Shown here piece by piece: positions 39,719 through 50,556 of a DNA stretch of 64,000 bases. A program made the translations under genes and the position numbers. Numbering within the stretch: the stretch's first letter is position 1; each line of letters opens with the position of its first letter. The notes under the pieces are model-generated. The model did not search any database and was not told where the DNA came from. It saw only the letters and a program-made list of their open reading frames with translations. The stretch is taken from the NCBI GenBank assembly GCA_965199715.1, contig OZ241322.1, positions 1,952,001-2,016,000 on the forward strand, in the 5' to 3' direction. Source of the DNA: Vicinamibacteria bacterium (lineage in GTDB: Bacteria > Acidobacteriota > Vicinamibacteria > Marinacidobacterales > Marinacidobacteraceae).

Positions 39719-41767
39719 TCAGCGCTGGAAGCCGAGCCGCCACGAGGCGGAGATCCGCAGGCTCCGGCCCGGCTGCGGCACGACCGCCGGGTGGATGGCG
39801 AAGAGCTCGTCGATCACGTTGTTGACCGCGAGCGTCCAGTCGGCCCCGCCGAGCGGGCCGTCCTCCGGCCGGAACCGGGCGAACAGGTCGAACACCTGGT
39901 AGCCCTCGGTGGGCTCCACGTCGTCCGGCACGTCGGTCCGCGCCGCCGCGACCGTCGCTCGGCCGCCGATCTCGAGCGAGAGCGACGGAAGGCGCCCGGA
40001 GAGCTGCAGGTGCGCCGCGCTCGCCGGCGCGCTCGCGAGCGGGATGCCGGAGTCGAGGTTCCGCGTCTCCAGCACCGTCGCGCTCACCCGCGCCCGGAAG
40101 CGCGGGCGCTCGACCTGCGCCGCCGCCTCGCATCCCTCAAGCTGCGCCGGAACCGACTGGTTCAGCGTGGAGCCGTAGAGGATCCTCGTCCCGTCCTGAC
40201 CTCGGAAGGAGGGGATGGACGGATCCACGAGGACCACGACCTGGTCCACGTAGTCGGTCACTTCCGAGCGGAAGCAGGTGGCCTCGCCGGAGAACCAGTT
40301 GCGTCCGCCGCGCAGCCCGCCCTCCCACGACGCGCCGCGTTCGGCGGGAAGATCGGGCGACGGCTGGAACAGGTTGATGGCTTGGAGGGTCTCGGTCAGC
40401 GGAATCTGGAAGTGGATCCCGTCGGCGTACATCTCGTTCAGGCTCGGCGCGCGGAAGGCGCGCGACGCGGCGACCCACACGTACGCGCCGTCGCCGAGGC
40501 GGTAGCCCACGGACGCCTGCGGGGAGAACCGGCTCTCGTCCCGCGGCTCGAAGCGGTCCGAGCGGATCCGGTACCCGTCGCGCCGGAGGCTCGCGGTCAG
40601 GTCGAGCCGCTCGCCGATCTCCGCCTTCGCGTAGGCCCACCCGGCGAGGTAGGCGAACTCGGCGTCGGGGAACTGGAGGCGCGGGGCGCCGTCCCGCACG
40701 CCGGTCTGGGAGTCGCGATACGCCTCGATCCCGGTCCCGAGCCGCACCCGGACCCGGTCGCCGACCTCGAATCGGGCGGTGTTGTGGACGTCCAGGCCCA
40801 GCGTTTCGAATTCGGTCACGTCGGCCCGGGACCCGACCAGCATGTCCTCGGTGCTATGGAGCGCGTTCCGGTAGGCGGTCGCTTCCAGGTCGAGGAGGTT
40901 CGAGTCGAGCGCCCGGGTCTCGAAGCGGGCGCGGAAGCCTTCCCAGCGGGTGTCGCGCGCGACGAGGCTGCCGCTGAGCGCGTTCGCGTTCGTGGGTTCG
41001 GTTCCGTCGCTCTGGAAGCGCTGCGCCGAGACCTCGAAGCGCGTCGCGAGGCCCGGATTCCAGCCGAACTTCACCAGTCCGTTTCGCAGCTCGTCCTCGG
41101 TGTTCGGGATCAGGGTTCCGCCGCCGTCCCGGATCGCCCGCCGGGCGCCCCCCAGCGTGAGCGAGGCGAGCCCGTCCACCCGGTCGTCCGCGCCGTACGC
41201 GGTGAACGACTGGGACACGTCGCGCCCGTTGCTCTGGTATCCCACCCGGTAGCGGCCGCCCCATGTCTCGCCGAACTCGAGGAGGTCGCGGGCGCTGCGG
41301 GTGGTCAGCGACACCACGCCGCCGAGCGCGCCGCTGCCGTACAGCGCCGAGTTGGCCCCGCGCACGACCTCGATCCGCTCGAGGAGGTCCGGATCCACGA
41401 AGAACCGGCCCGCGTGGACGCCGTTGAAGTTCTGCCGTCCGCCGTCCTGGCGCACCAGCACCCGCTCGTCGGCGAAGCCGCGGATGTTGGGCTCCTCGGT
41501 GATCCGCCTCGCGTTGCCCTGGATCTGGACGCCGGGGAGGCCCTCCATGACGTCGCCGAAGGTCCGTCCGGCCTCGCCCGCGAGATCGTCGGCGGTGCGG
41601 ATCGCGACCCCCGCCGGCGTCGTCAGGAGCGGGCTCTCGTCGCGGGTCGCGGTGACTACCACCGTCTCCTCGATCCGGGGCTGCGCCTCCTCCTGCTCCT
41701 CCTCGGCGGGTTCCTGCGCGGCGGCCGCCCCTGCCGCGAGAAGCAGCAGAAACGATCCTCGGAGCAC
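39719..41767 (-). CDS. TonB-dependent receptor, heme/hemoglobin family
   Basis: TonB-box-like ETVVVTATR, PNIRG, HAGRFFVDP, IEVVRGANSALYGSGALGGVV, FRAP motif AFRAPSLNEMY. Confidence 0.85.
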   Translation of the reverse strand: MLRGSFLLLLAAGAAAAQEPAEEEQEEAQPRIEETVVVTATRDESPLLTTPAGVAIRTADDLAGEAGRTFGDVMEGLPGVQIQGNARRITEEPNIRGFADERVLVRQDGGRQNFNGVHAGRFFVDPDLLERIEVVRGANSALYGSGALGGVVSLTTRSARDLLEFGETWGGRYRVGYQSNGRDVSQSFTAYGADDRVDGLASLTLGGARRAIRDGGGTLIPNTEDELRNGLVKFGWNPGLATRFEVSAQRFQSDGTEPTNANALSGSLVARDTRWEGFRARFETRALDSNLLDLEATAYRNALHSTEDMLVGSRADVTEFETLGLDVHNTARFEVGDRVRVRLGTGIEAYRDSQTGVRDGAPRLQFPDAEFAYLAGWAYAKAEIGERLDLTASLRRDGYRIRSDRFEPRDESRFSPQASVGYRLGDGAYVWVAASRAFRAPSLNEMYADGIHFQIPLTETLQAINLFQPSPDLPAERGASWEGGLRGGRNWFSGEATCFRSEVTDYVDQVVVLVDPSIPSFRGQDGTRILYGSTLNQSVPAQLEGCEAAAQVERPRFRARVSATVLETRNLDSGIPLASAPASAAHLQLSGRLPSLSLEIGGRATVAAARTDVPDDVEPTEGYQVFDLFARFRPEDGPLGGADWTLAVNNVIDELFAIHPAVVPQPGRSLRISASWRLGFQR

Positions 41768-41785
41768 CCCGAAACCTTAGCCCGT

Positions 41786-43453
41786 TCAGTACCCCATCGC
41801 AGCGCCGTCCTTGCGCAAATCGGTGCCCCCGATGAGGACGCCGCGGTCCCAGTCGATCCGGATCGCCTGATAGCCGCCGTAGGCCCCGAAGCGGGTGATG
41901 ACCCGATGCCCCATCCGCGTCAGCGCCTGGCGGACGTCGGCGCCCACCCCGGACTCCAGCCCGACCCCGGTCGAGCCATGGCGGAACCGCGCCATCTCGC
42001 CGGCCTGCTGCGGGTTCATGCCGAAGTCGATCATGTTCAGCAGAACCTGCGCGTGTCCCTGCGGCTGCATGTCGCCGCCCATGACCCCGTAGGCCAGAAC
42101 CGGCCGGCCGTCGCGGAACGCCATGCCCGGCATGTTGGTATGGAGCGCCCGCTTGCCCGGCGCCAGCTCGTTCGGGTGGCCTTCCTCGAGCGAGAACCCC
42201 GTGCCCCGGTTCTGGAGCGCGATTCCGGTTCCGGGCGCGACGAGGCCCGATCCGAAGCTCCCGAAGAGCGAGTAGATGAGCGAGATGGCGTTGCGGTCCT
42301 TGTCCACGACGGTGAGATAGACCGTGTCCCCGTCGTCGGTGCGGCCGGGCGCGATCTCCGAGCCGGCGCGGGCCGGATCGATCTCCGAGCGGCGGACGGC
42401 GGCGTACTCCTTGGAGATGAGTTGGTCGAGCGGCGCCTGCATGTGCTCGGGATCGGCGAGATAGGCGTCGCGGTCCGCGAACGCGAGCTTCTTGGCCTCG
42501 ATCAGCCGATGCAGGTACTCGGGCGAGTTGTGCCCGAGCGCCTTCATGTCGAAGCCCTCGAGGATGTTGAGCATCAGCAGCACGGCGAAGCCCTGCGAGT
42601 TGGGCGGAATCTGCGCGACCTCGTACCCCCGATAGGTCGTCCAGATCGGCTCCACCCACAGCGAATCGTGGGCCGCGAGATCGTCGCGGGTCACGTGGCC
42701 GCCGGTCTCCTCCATGAGGTCGTGGATCGCGTCGGCGATCTCGCCCCGGTAGAAGACGTCGGTCCCCTCGGCGGCGATCTTGCGCAGCGTCTGCGCGAAG
42801 TCGGGCGAGCGGAAGACCTCGCCGTGCTCGGGCGCCCGCTTCCCGTCGACGAGGTACGTCGCGGCGGCCGCCGGCTGGCGCGAGAGGTGGCCCTCGGCCG
42901 ACTTCCACTGGCCAGCGATGATCTCGGAGACCGGGAACCCGTCCTCGGCGTAGCCGATCGCCGGCTGGAGCAGCTCGCCGAGCGGCATGGTCCCGAAGCG
43001 GCTCACCAGCTCGTCCCAGCCGTCGAGCGCTCCCGGCACGGTCACGACCAGCGGCCCCCGTCCCGGCATCCGGGTCATCCCCTCGGCGCGCAGCTTCGCC
43101 GCGTCCGCCCCCGACCCGGCGCGTCCGGTCGCGTTCAGGCCGTGGAGGTCGCCGGTCGCGGCCTCGTAGTACAGCGCGAACAGGTCGCCGCCGATCCCGC
43201 ACATCATCGGCTCGACCACGTTCAGCACCGCGGCCGCCGCGATCGCCGCGTCCACCGCGTTGCCGCCGGCTTGCAGCACGCCGAGCCCGGCGGCGCTCGC
43301 GAGCGGCTGGCTCGTCGCCACCATGCCGTTTCTCGCGAGCGCCGGGGAGCGGCCCAGCTTCGCGTGCTCGGCCGGGCGGTCGCCGCGCTGCAGCGCGAGC
43401 GCCGGGCCCGCGGTCAACGCCGCCGCCAGAAGGAGAAGATGAACTCGGTGCAC
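41786..43453 (-). CDS. ggt: Gamma-glutamyltransferase
   Basis: GMVATSQPLA, GGNAVDAAIA, GIGGDLF, autocleavage DTVYLTVVD, QNRG, GVMGGDMQPQGH, DLRKDG. Confidence 0.93.
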   Translation of the reverse strand: MHRVHLLLLAAALTAGPALALQRGDRPAEHAKLGRSPALARNGMVATSQPLASAAGLGVLQAGGNAVDAAIAAAAVLNVVEPMMCGIGGDLFALYYEAATGDLHGLNATGRAGSGADAAKLRAEGMTRMPGRGPLVVTVPGALDGWDELVSRFGTMPLGELLQPAIGYAEDGFPVSEIIAGQWKSAEGHLSRQPAAAATYLVDGKRAPEHGEVFRSPDFAQTLRKIAAEGTDVFYRGEIADAIHDLMEETGGHVTRDDLAAHDSLWVEPIWTTYRGYEVAQIPPNSQGFAVLLMLNILEGFDMKALGHNSPEYLHRLIEAKKLAFADRDAYLADPEHMQAPLDQLISKEYAAVRRSEIDPARAGSEIAPGRTDDGDTVYLTVVDKDRNAISLIYSLFGSFGSGLVAPGTGIALQNRGTGFSLEEGHPNELAPGKRALHTNMPGMAFRDGRPVLAYGVMGGDMQPQGHAQVLLNMIDFGMNPQQAGEMARFRHGSTGVGLESGVGADVRQALTRMGHRVITRFGAYGGYQAIRIDWDRGVLIGGTDLRKDGAAMGY

Positions 43454-43484
43454 ACGCCGTCCTCCGGGGGCCGGAGTGTACGCG

Positions 43485-45152
43485 TCAGCCGGCCTTGCCG
43501 CCGCGGACGAGGCGCGCCCACGAGTCGCGCAGCGCGACCGCGCGGGTCAGCGTCGGCCGGTCGCTCGCATGGTCCGCCTCGTCCGCGACGAAGTAGCCGG
43601 TGCGCTCCAGTTGGATGCGGGTCCCCGGCGCGAGCCGGCGGACCGCCGGCTCCACCGCGCCCGGGACGACCCGCATCGAGTCCGGGTTCAGGTCGTCCAT
43701 GAAGTCGCCGTCGGCGCCCGGCGCCTCGACGCGGAACAGGCGGTCGCAGAGGCGGATCTCCGTTCGGGCCGCGTGCCTCGCCGAAACCCAGTGGATCGTG
43801 CCCCGGACGCGCCTGCCGTCGGGGGCGTCCCCGCCGCGGCTCGCCGGATCGATCCACGCCCGGATCGTCGCGACCTCGCCGTCCGGGCCGCGCTCGAACC
43901 CGGTGCAGGTCGCCAGATAGGCGTAGCGGAGGCGGACCTCGCGTCCCGGCGCCAGCCGGTGGAAGCGGCGCGGCGGGTTCTCCATGAAGTCGGCCCGCTC
44001 GACCAGCAGCTCCCGCGAGAACGGAACGTCGCGGGTTCCGGCGGAGGGATCCTCGGGGTTGTTCACCGCTGGGAGCGTCTCCTCCTCCGGGGCGTTCTCA
44101 ATCACGAGCCGCACCGGATCCAGCACTCCCATGAGCCGGGGAGCGGTCCGGTTCAGCTCCTCCCGGACCGCGTGCTCCAGAAGCGCGACGTCCACGAGGC
44201 TCTCGCGCTTGGCCACGCCGATGCGGTCGCAGAACGCGCGGATGGCCGCCGGCGGAAAGCCGCGCCGGCGCATCCCGGCGATCGTCGGCATGCGGGGGTC
44301 GTCCCAGCCGGCGACCGCGCCCGATTCCACGAGCCGCAGGAGCCGCCGCTTGCTGAGCACGGTGAAGCTCAGGTTCAGCCGGGCGAACTCGATCTGCCGC
44401 GGCGTGAAGGACGCCTCGGCCTCCCGGACGCACCAGTCGTAGAGCGGGCGGTGCGCCTCGAACTCGAGGGTGCACAGCGAGTGGGTGATTCCCTCGACGG
44501 CGTCCGACAGCGCGTGCGCGAAGTCGTAGAGCGGGTAGATGCACCAGTCGTCGCCGGTGCGGTGGTGGCGCTTCCGGCGGACCCGGTAGAGCGTCGGGTC
44601 GCGGAGGTTCATGTTCGGGGACGCCATGTCGAGCCGCGCCCGCAGCGCGCAGCTTCCGTCCGGGAACTCCCCGGCCCGCATCCGCCGGAAGAGATCGAGG
44701 TTCTCGGCGACGGTGCGCTCGCGCCCCGGACTCTCGACTCCCGGAGTCCCGGGAGTCCCGCGGGTCGCCCGCACCTCCTCCGCGCTGCGGCTCTCCACGT
44801 ACGCCTTGCCCTTCTTGACGAGCGTCTCGGCGAAGTCGTAGAGCTGGGCGAAGTAGTCCGACGCGAAGCGCCGTCCCCCGTCCGGGGCGTACCCGAGCCA
44901 CTCGAGGTCGCGGGCGATCGCCTCCACGTAGAGGCTCTCTTCCTTCTCCGGATTGGTGTCGTCGTAGCGCAGGTTGCAGGAGCCGCCGTTCTCCCCGGCC
45001 ACGCCGAAGTTGAGGACGATCGACTTGGCGTGGCCGATGTGCAGGAAGCCGTTCGGCTCCGGGGGAAAGCGGGTGCGCACCCGGCCCCCGTGCTTTCCGG
45101 CGGCGCGGTCGGCGGCGACGATCTCCCGGATGAAGTCGGGAGCGCCGGGCAC
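43485..45152 (-). CDS. glnS: Glutamine--tRNA ligase
   Basis: TRFPPEPNGFLHIGHAKS, DDTNPEKE, IYPLYDFAH, THSLCTLEF, VLSKR, GWDDPRMPT, GTIHWV. Confidence 0.96.
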   Translation of the reverse strand: MPGAPDFIREIVAADRAAGKHGGRVRTRFPPEPNGFLHIGHAKSIVLNFGVAGENGGSCNLRYDDTNPEKEESLYVEAIARDLEWLGYAPDGGRRFASDYFAQLYDFAETLVKKGKAYVESRSAEEVRATRGTPGTPGVESPGRERTVAENLDLFRRMRAGEFPDGSCALRARLDMASPNMNLRDPTLYRVRRKRHHRTGDDWCIYPLYDFAHALSDAVEGITHSLCTLEFEAHRPLYDWCVREAEASFTPRQIEFARLNLSFTVLSKRRLLRLVESGAVAGWDDPRMPTIAGMRRRGFPPAAIRAFCDRIGVAKRESLVDVALLEHAVREELNRTAPRLMGVLDPVRLVIENAPEEETLPAVNNPEDPSAGTRDVPFSRELLVERADFMENPPRRFHRLAPGREVRLRYAYLATCTGFERGPDGEVATIRAWIDPASRGGDAPDGRRVRGTIHWVSARHAARTEIRLCDRLFRVEAPGADGDFMDDLNPDSMRVVPGAVEPAVRRLAPGTRIQLERTGYFVADEADHASDRPTLTRAVALRDSWARLVRGGKAG

Positions 45153-45836
45153 CTAGCGAACCTCCGGTCCGCCCCGGCGGTCGTCCCGGACGAACCGGTC
45201 CCTCGACGGCATCGCGATCCGGGGCAGGGACTCCCGGTCGAGCTCGTCCGCCGCCTCGAGGATTCCGTTCAGATGCAGGATGTACGCGGTGAGGGAGTAC
45301 ACGTCGCCGTCGGGGAGCGTTCCCGGCGCCGCCTGCGGCATCGCCCGCCGGACGTAGTCGAACAGCGTCGTCGCGTAGGGCCAGTAGCTGCCCACGGTGA
45401 TCGGCCACGTCCGATCCTCGTTGAACGGGAACTCGTCCCCGGGAACCCGCCCGGCGAGCGCCTCGAACTCCGCGCCCTCGCCCCGCAGTCCGTGGCACTG
45501 GACGCACTGGAGCCGGTACAGCGACTCGCCGCGCTCGACGCTGCCGGAACCGGGCGGCAGCCCCTCGCCCTCCGGACCGACGTCGATGTCCCACGCGGCG
45601 ATCCGCTCGGGGGTCGCCGGTTCGCCGAAACCGAACTCGGGGACCTCGCGCAGCGAGTCGAGCGCCTGCGCCCGGGACTCGGCGAGCGCCGCCAGCTCCG
45701 CGTCGTTCAGGAGGCCGGGCATGCCCGGGTGGAGCTCGGGCCGGGGCAGGGCGGGCGGCGGGGCCGGGGCCGGCGGAGCCTCCTCGCCGCACGCGAGAAG
45801 CAGGACGATCAGCGCGGACGCCGACCTACCCGACAA
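45153..45836 (-). CDS. soxD: Monoheme cytochrome c, SoxD-like, lipoprotein
   Basis: LLLAC; WDIDVGPEGEGLPPGSGSV; CVQCHG; TVGSYWPYATTLFDYVRRAMP. Confidence 0.82.
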   Translation of the reverse strand: MSGRSASALIVLLLACGEEAPPAPAPPPALPRPELHPGMPGLLNDAELAALAESRAQALDSLREVPEFGFGEPATPERIAAWDIDVGPEGEGLPPGSGSVERGESLYRLQCVQCHGLRGEGAEFEALAGRVPGDEFPFNEDRTWPITVGSYWPYATTLFDYVRRAMPQAAPGTLPDGDVYSLTAYILHLNGILEAADELDRESLPRIAMPSRDRFVRDDRRGGPEVR

Positions 45837-47055
45837 AGAGGACCTGCCCGTCGGGCTCCACCCGCCACGATCGGATCTGGTTGAAGTGGTATCGGGTGAA
45901 AGGTCCCCGCGCGGCCTCGAGCTGCTCCCGGGTCGGCTGGACGTAGCCGGTCTCGTCGGTCGCCCGGCTCATGAGCGTCGCCCGCCGCCCGTTCCAGTCC
46001 CACATCTTGCGGAAGCGGACGTGGCACTTGGGCAGCACCGGCTCCTGCAGCTCGGCGTCCTCCCATGAGTCTCCCCCGTCGGTCGAGACCTCGACCCGCG
46101 CGATGCGGCCCCGCCCGGTCCAGGCGAGGCCGCGGATCTCGCGCCAACCCGGGGCTTCGACGCGCTCGGGATACGTGGGCGAGGTGATGATCGACTTGGC
46201 GTCCAGCGCGAAGCTGAACATCCGCGCCTGGCCGCCGGGCAGGGGATCCGTGTACTTGGAGGTCTCTTCCCGGGTCATGAACGGCCGGTCCGAGAGCTCC
46301 AGCCGCCGCAGCCACTTGACCGAGGCGTTGCCCTCCCATCCGGGCAGGAACAGCCGCACCGGATACCCCTGCTCGGGCCGTAGCGGCTCGCCGTTCTGGG
46401 CGTAGGCGAGGATCGCGTCGTCCCACGCCTTCTCCATGGGGATCGAGCGGGTCATGACCGCCGCGTCCATGGCCTCGGCGAGGAACCACGTCGCTTCCGG
46501 ACGAGCGCCGACCTCGCGGAAGATCAGCTTCAGCGGCACGCCGGTCCACTCGCTCGTGCTGGTCAGGCCGTCCATCTCCTGCGGACTCATGGCCCGTTCG
46601 CGTCCACGGTTCGCGTAGGAGCCGCCCCCGTTTCCCGAGCACTCGAGGAAGCGCAGCCGCGAATCCGCCGGGAAGCGCTTCAGGTCCTCGAGCCGGAAGG
46701 TCGTCGGCCGCTCCACCATGCCGTGGATCAGCAGCTCCCAGCGCTCGGGGTCGATGTTGGGAATGCCCCCGTGGTGCCGCTCGAAGTGGAGGTCGGCGGG
46801 GGTCACGATTCCGCGCAGGTACGTGAGCGGAGTCCGGGACGAGGCCGACGGCTCCAGCCGGGAGACGAGGCGCTCGGGCCTCTCGAACGGCGCGCGCGAC
46901 CCGATCGAACTGGGCACCCGCCCCTGCATCTTGGTCGGATCCTCGGGGGCGCGGGGGCGGGGCGGCTGCCCGCCCGCGATCCCGGCGATTCCTGCGCCGA
47001 CGACGCCGGCGAGCACCTCGCGGCGACCCGTTGCGGTTCCGGATTTCGTGGTCAC
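45826..47055 (-). CDS. soxC: Sulfite oxidase-family molybdoenzyme, SoxC-like, Tat-exported
   Basis: Tat GRREVL; TPADLHFERHHGG, FLECSGN, EWTGV, QNGEPLRPEQGYPVRL, GWEGNASVKWLRR, SRATDETGYVQPT. Confidence 0.88.
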   Translation of the reverse strand: MTTKSGTATGRREVLAGVVGAGIAGIAGGQPPRPRAPEDPTKMQGRVPSSIGSRAPFERPERLVSRLEPSASSRTPLTYLRGIVTPADLHFERHHGGIPNIDPERWELLIHGMVERPTTFRLEDLKRFPADSRLRFLECSGNGGGSYANRGRERAMSPQEMDGLTSTSEWTGVPLKLIFREVGARPEATWFLAEAMDAAVMTRSIPMEKAWDDAILAYAQNGEPLRPEQGYPVRLFLPGWEGNASVKWLRRLELSDRPFMTREETSKYTDPLPGGQARMFSFALDAKSIITSPTYPERVEAPGWREIRGLAWTGRGRIARVEVSTDGGDSWEDAELQEPVLPKCHVRFRKMWDWNGRRATLMSRATDETGYVQPTREQLEAARGPFTRYHFNQIRSWRVEPDGQVLFVG

Positions 47056-47162
47056 TGGGCGGATTATCGCGGAATTCCCATCGCTATACTGATTCCGGTT
47101 CCGGCCCCGAGGCCGGGCTCCGCATCGGGCGCGTCCGGCGCCCCGCAACCAGAGGGAGATAC

Positions 47163-47582
<420 letters not shown>

Positions 47583-47586
47583 TCCC

Positions 47587-48975
47587 GTGAGCGACCGGCG
47601 GGCGGGGCCGCCGCCCTCGGTGCTTCCGGGGGCGGACCGGAGCTACGACCCGCTGGATCCGGTCTATTTCGATCCGGCGAGCCTGCGCCGGGAGATGGAC
47701 CGGGCCTTCGACGTCTGCCACGGGTGCCGTATGTGCTTCAAGTACTGCGACTCCTTCCGCGACCTGTTCCAGATCATCGACGCCGCGGCCGACGAGGACC
47801 CCCGCGGGCTTTCGCCGGGCCAGCAGGACCAGGTCATGGCGGGCTGCTTCCAGTGCAAGCAGTGCGAGTTCGCCTGCCCCTACACTCCGGGGAAGGGGCA
47901 CGCGTTCGAGCTGGACTTCCCGAAGCTGGTCCATCGGCACGCCGCGGTGCGGCGGCGGGAGAGCCCGCCGACGGGCCGGGCCGCGCTCCGCGACACGCTC
48001 CTCACCGATCCCGACCGAGGCGCCCGCCTCCAGCGCAAGCTGCCGGTGGCGCTGACGGTCCTCCAGAACGCCCCTCCGGCCCGCTGGTGCATGGAGAAGC
48101 TCGCGGGAATCCACCGGGAGAAGCAGCTTCCGCCGTTCGCCCGCGAATGCTTCGACGACTGGGCCGCCCGCGAGCGTCCGGCGGCGCGGCCTCCCGGCGG
48201 GCAGGAAGCGGTGCTCTTTCCCACCTGCTACGTCCAGAACAACGAGCCGGAGATCGGCAAGGACGCGCTGGAGGTGCTGGACCGCAACCAGGTGGAGGTG
48301 GACTGCGTCCCCGGCCTCGGCTGCTGCGGCATGCCCGCCTGGGAGGCGGGCGACCTCGATCGGGTCCGCGCCGCCGCCCGGAAGAACCTCGACCTGCTGG
48401 ATCCCTGGGTCGAGAAGGGCGCGGCCGTGCTCGCCGTGAACCCCACCTGCTCGATGCTCATGCGCAAGGAGTACCCGACGCTCGTGGATCGCCCGGACCG
48501 GGAGCGTGCCGAGCGTCTCGCCGCGCGCGTCCGCGACCCTTCGGAGCATCTGTGGAGCCTGCGCCGCGAGCCGCGCTTCAACACCCGGTTCCGCTCCTCC
48601 CCCGGCGGGCGGGTCGCGTACCACGCTCCGTGCCACCTGCGCGCCCAGGGATCCGGATTCCGGGCGCGCGACCTGATGCGCAAGATCCCCGGCGTCACGC
48701 CCGTGGCCACGCTCGAGTGTTCGGGCCACGACGGGACGTGGGCGATGAAGGTCGAGGGATTCGAGGCGTCGAAGAAGGCCGGAAAGAAGGCCTTCGAGTC
48801 CATGAAGGAAGCCGAGGCCGACTGGTGGGCCACCGACTGCCCGCTCGCTGCGATCCAATTCGAGCAGCACGCCGGGAAGCGGCCGCTGCATCCGATGACG
48901 CTCCTGGCGCGGGCCTACCGCGACGACGGGTTCCCGACGAAGCTGGACCCGCCGCCCGAAGGAGAGCCGGCGTGA
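47587..48975 (+). CDS. Rubrerythrin-associated Fe-S oxidoreductase (GlpC/HdrB-like CCG domains)
   Basis: [46 protein letters not shown]. Confidence 0.9.
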   Translation: MSDRRAGPPPSVLPGADRSYDPLDPVYFDPASLRREMDRAFDVCHGCRMCFKYCDSFRDLFQIIDAAADEDPRGLSPGQQDQVMAGCFQCKQCEFACPYTPGKGHAFELDFPKLVHRHAAVRRRESPPTGRAALRDTLLTDPDRGARLQRKLPVALTVLQNAPPARWCMEKLAGIHREKQLPPFARECFDDWAARERPAARPPGGQEAVLFPTCYVQNNEPEIGKDALEVLDRNQVEVDCVPGLGCCGMPAWEAGDLDRVRAAARKNLDLLDPWVEKGAAVLAVNPTCSMLMRKEYPTLVDRPDRERAERLAARVRDPSEHLWSLRREPRFNTRFRSSPGGRVAYHAPCHLRAQGSGFRARDLMRKIPGVTPVATLECSGHDGTWAMKVEGFEASKKAGKKAFESMKEAEADWWATDCPLAAIQFEQHAGKRPLHPMTLLARAYRDDGFPTKLDPPPEGEPA

Positions 48976-49547
48976 CCGCCGCTCGATTCCCGGTGCGCCG
49001 GGACGAGATCCTCGACTGGGTGACCTACGGCGAGCGGCGCGACGGAATCCGCCGCTCGGCGATGGCCGCGAAGGACCGCCGCCGGGTGCACGTGGGCGAC
49101 TGGCTGACGTTCCTCTTCGAAAACCACGAGACGATCCGCTACCAGGTGCTCGAGATGGTGCGGGCCGAGCGCATCGTGCGGGAGGCCGACGTCCTCCACG
49201 AGCTCTCGACCTACAACGAGCTGCTCGGCCGCCCCGGCGGCCTCGGCGCGACGCTGCTCATCGAGATCGACGACCGGGACCTGCGCGATTCGCTCCTGCG
49301 GAAGTGGACCGGGATGGTCGAGCGCCTCTACGTCCGTCTTCCGGACGGCTCGCTCCGGCGGGCGACCTTCGATCCGCGCCAGGTCGGGGACGACCGCGTC
49401 TCGGCGGTGCAGTACCTGCGATTCGACGACGTGAACGACGTTCCGGTCGCCGTCGGCTGCGACCACCCCGACTTCGGCGTGGAGGCCGCGCTCAGCCCGG
49501 ATCAGCGGGCGGCGCTCGCCGAGGACCTCGCCGAGGACCCGAAGTAA
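48972..49547 (+). CDS. DUF3501 family protein
   Basis: KDRRRVHVG, FENHETIRYQVLEMVRAE, YNELL, ATLLIE, SAVQYLRF. Confidence 0.9.
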   Translation: MTAARFPVRRDEILDWVTYGERRDGIRRSAMAAKDRRRVHVGDWLTFLFENHETIRYQVLEMVRAERIVREADVLHELSTYNELLGRPGGLGATLLIEIDDRDLRDSLLRKWTGMVERLYVRLPDGSLRRATFDPRQVGDDRVSAVQYLRFDDVNDVPVAVGCDHPDFGVEAALSPDQRAALAEDLAEDPK

Positions 49548-49606
49548 AGTCACGGGTCCGCCGGGGCAGGATCCCGGCCGACAGCGAACCGGAGGAGCCC
49601 CCCGCA

Positions 49607-50530
49607 GTGTCCCGATCCCGCCTGATTTCGTTTCTGGTCCTGGTTCTCCTCGCCGCCGCGCCGGCGCTCGCGCAGCGCGGCATGGTGCGCGGCCAGATCA
49701 CCGATCCGGACGGAAATCCGCTGGAGGGCGTCGAGGTGAGCTTCGAGCTGGCCGACGGCGGCGGAGCCGCCACGACCGCCAGCACCAACGACGACGGCCG
49801 CTTCACGAAGCCCGGCGTGCGCCTCGGCAACTACCGGGTCAGCTTCGAGCTGGAGGGGTACGAGCCGCTCCAGGTCTTCGTGACCGTCGGCTCGGCGCCC
49901 GCGCTGATCGACCAGGTCATGAACCCGCTGCCCGAGGGCGTGCTCAGCCAGCGGCAGGCCGCCGAGGCGGACTTCCACCTCCAGGAGGGGAACGCGGCCA
50001 TGGCGGCCGCGGACTTCGAGCGCGCCGCCGAGGCCTTCCGCGGTTTCCTCGCGCTCGTGCCCGACTCCGGCGCGGCGTGGTTCAACCTCGGCTCGGCCCT
50101 CCAGCGGGGCGGCGACCAGGCGCAGGCCATCGAGGCCTACGAGAAGGCCGCCGAGCTGGATCCCCAGATGCGGCAGGGCCTCCTTTCGGTCGCCGGAATG
50201 TATGGCGGGATGCAGGATTGGGAGAGGGCCATGGCGACCTATGACCGGGTTCTCGACCTCATCGAGAACGACGCCGTGACGCTGTTCAACTACGCGGTGT
50301 TCGCGAGCAACGCCGAGAACGACGGCGTCGCCGCCGACTTCTTCGTCCGGGCGACGACCGTCAACCCGGACTTCGCGGTCGCCTACTTCCAGCTCGGCAT
50401 GCTCAAGTACCGGATCGAGGACTACGGGGCCGCGAGGGCGGCGTTCGCGCGGTACCTCGAGCTCGAACCCGAGAGCCCGCAGGCCGAGACCGTCAAGAAC
50501 CTTATGGAGGGGCTGCCTCCGGGCGCCTGA
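49607..50530 (+). CDS. Secreted protein with carboxypeptidase-regulatory-like domain and TPR repeats
   Basis: Signal peptide, VRGQITDPDGNPLEGV...GNYRVSFELEGY, then TPRs (AWFNLG, AYEKAAELDP, AYFQLG, YLELEP). Confidence 0.85.
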   Translation: MSRSRLISFLVLVLLAAAPALAQRGMVRGQITDPDGNPLEGVEVSFELADGGGAATTASTNDDGRFTKPGVRLGNYRVSFELEGYEPLQVFVTVGSAPALIDQVMNPLPEGVLSQRQAAEADFHLQEGNAAMAAADFERAAEAFRGFLALVPDSGAAWFNLGSALQRGGDQAQAIEAYEKAAELDPQMRQGLLSVAGMYGGMQDWERAMATYDRVLDLIENDAVTLFNYAVFASNAENDGVAADFFVRATTVNPDFAVAYFQLGMLKYRIEDYGAARAAFARYLELEPESPQAETVKNLMEGLPPGA

Positions 50531-50556
50531 CACCCGTTCCCCAACCGGAGATCGCC

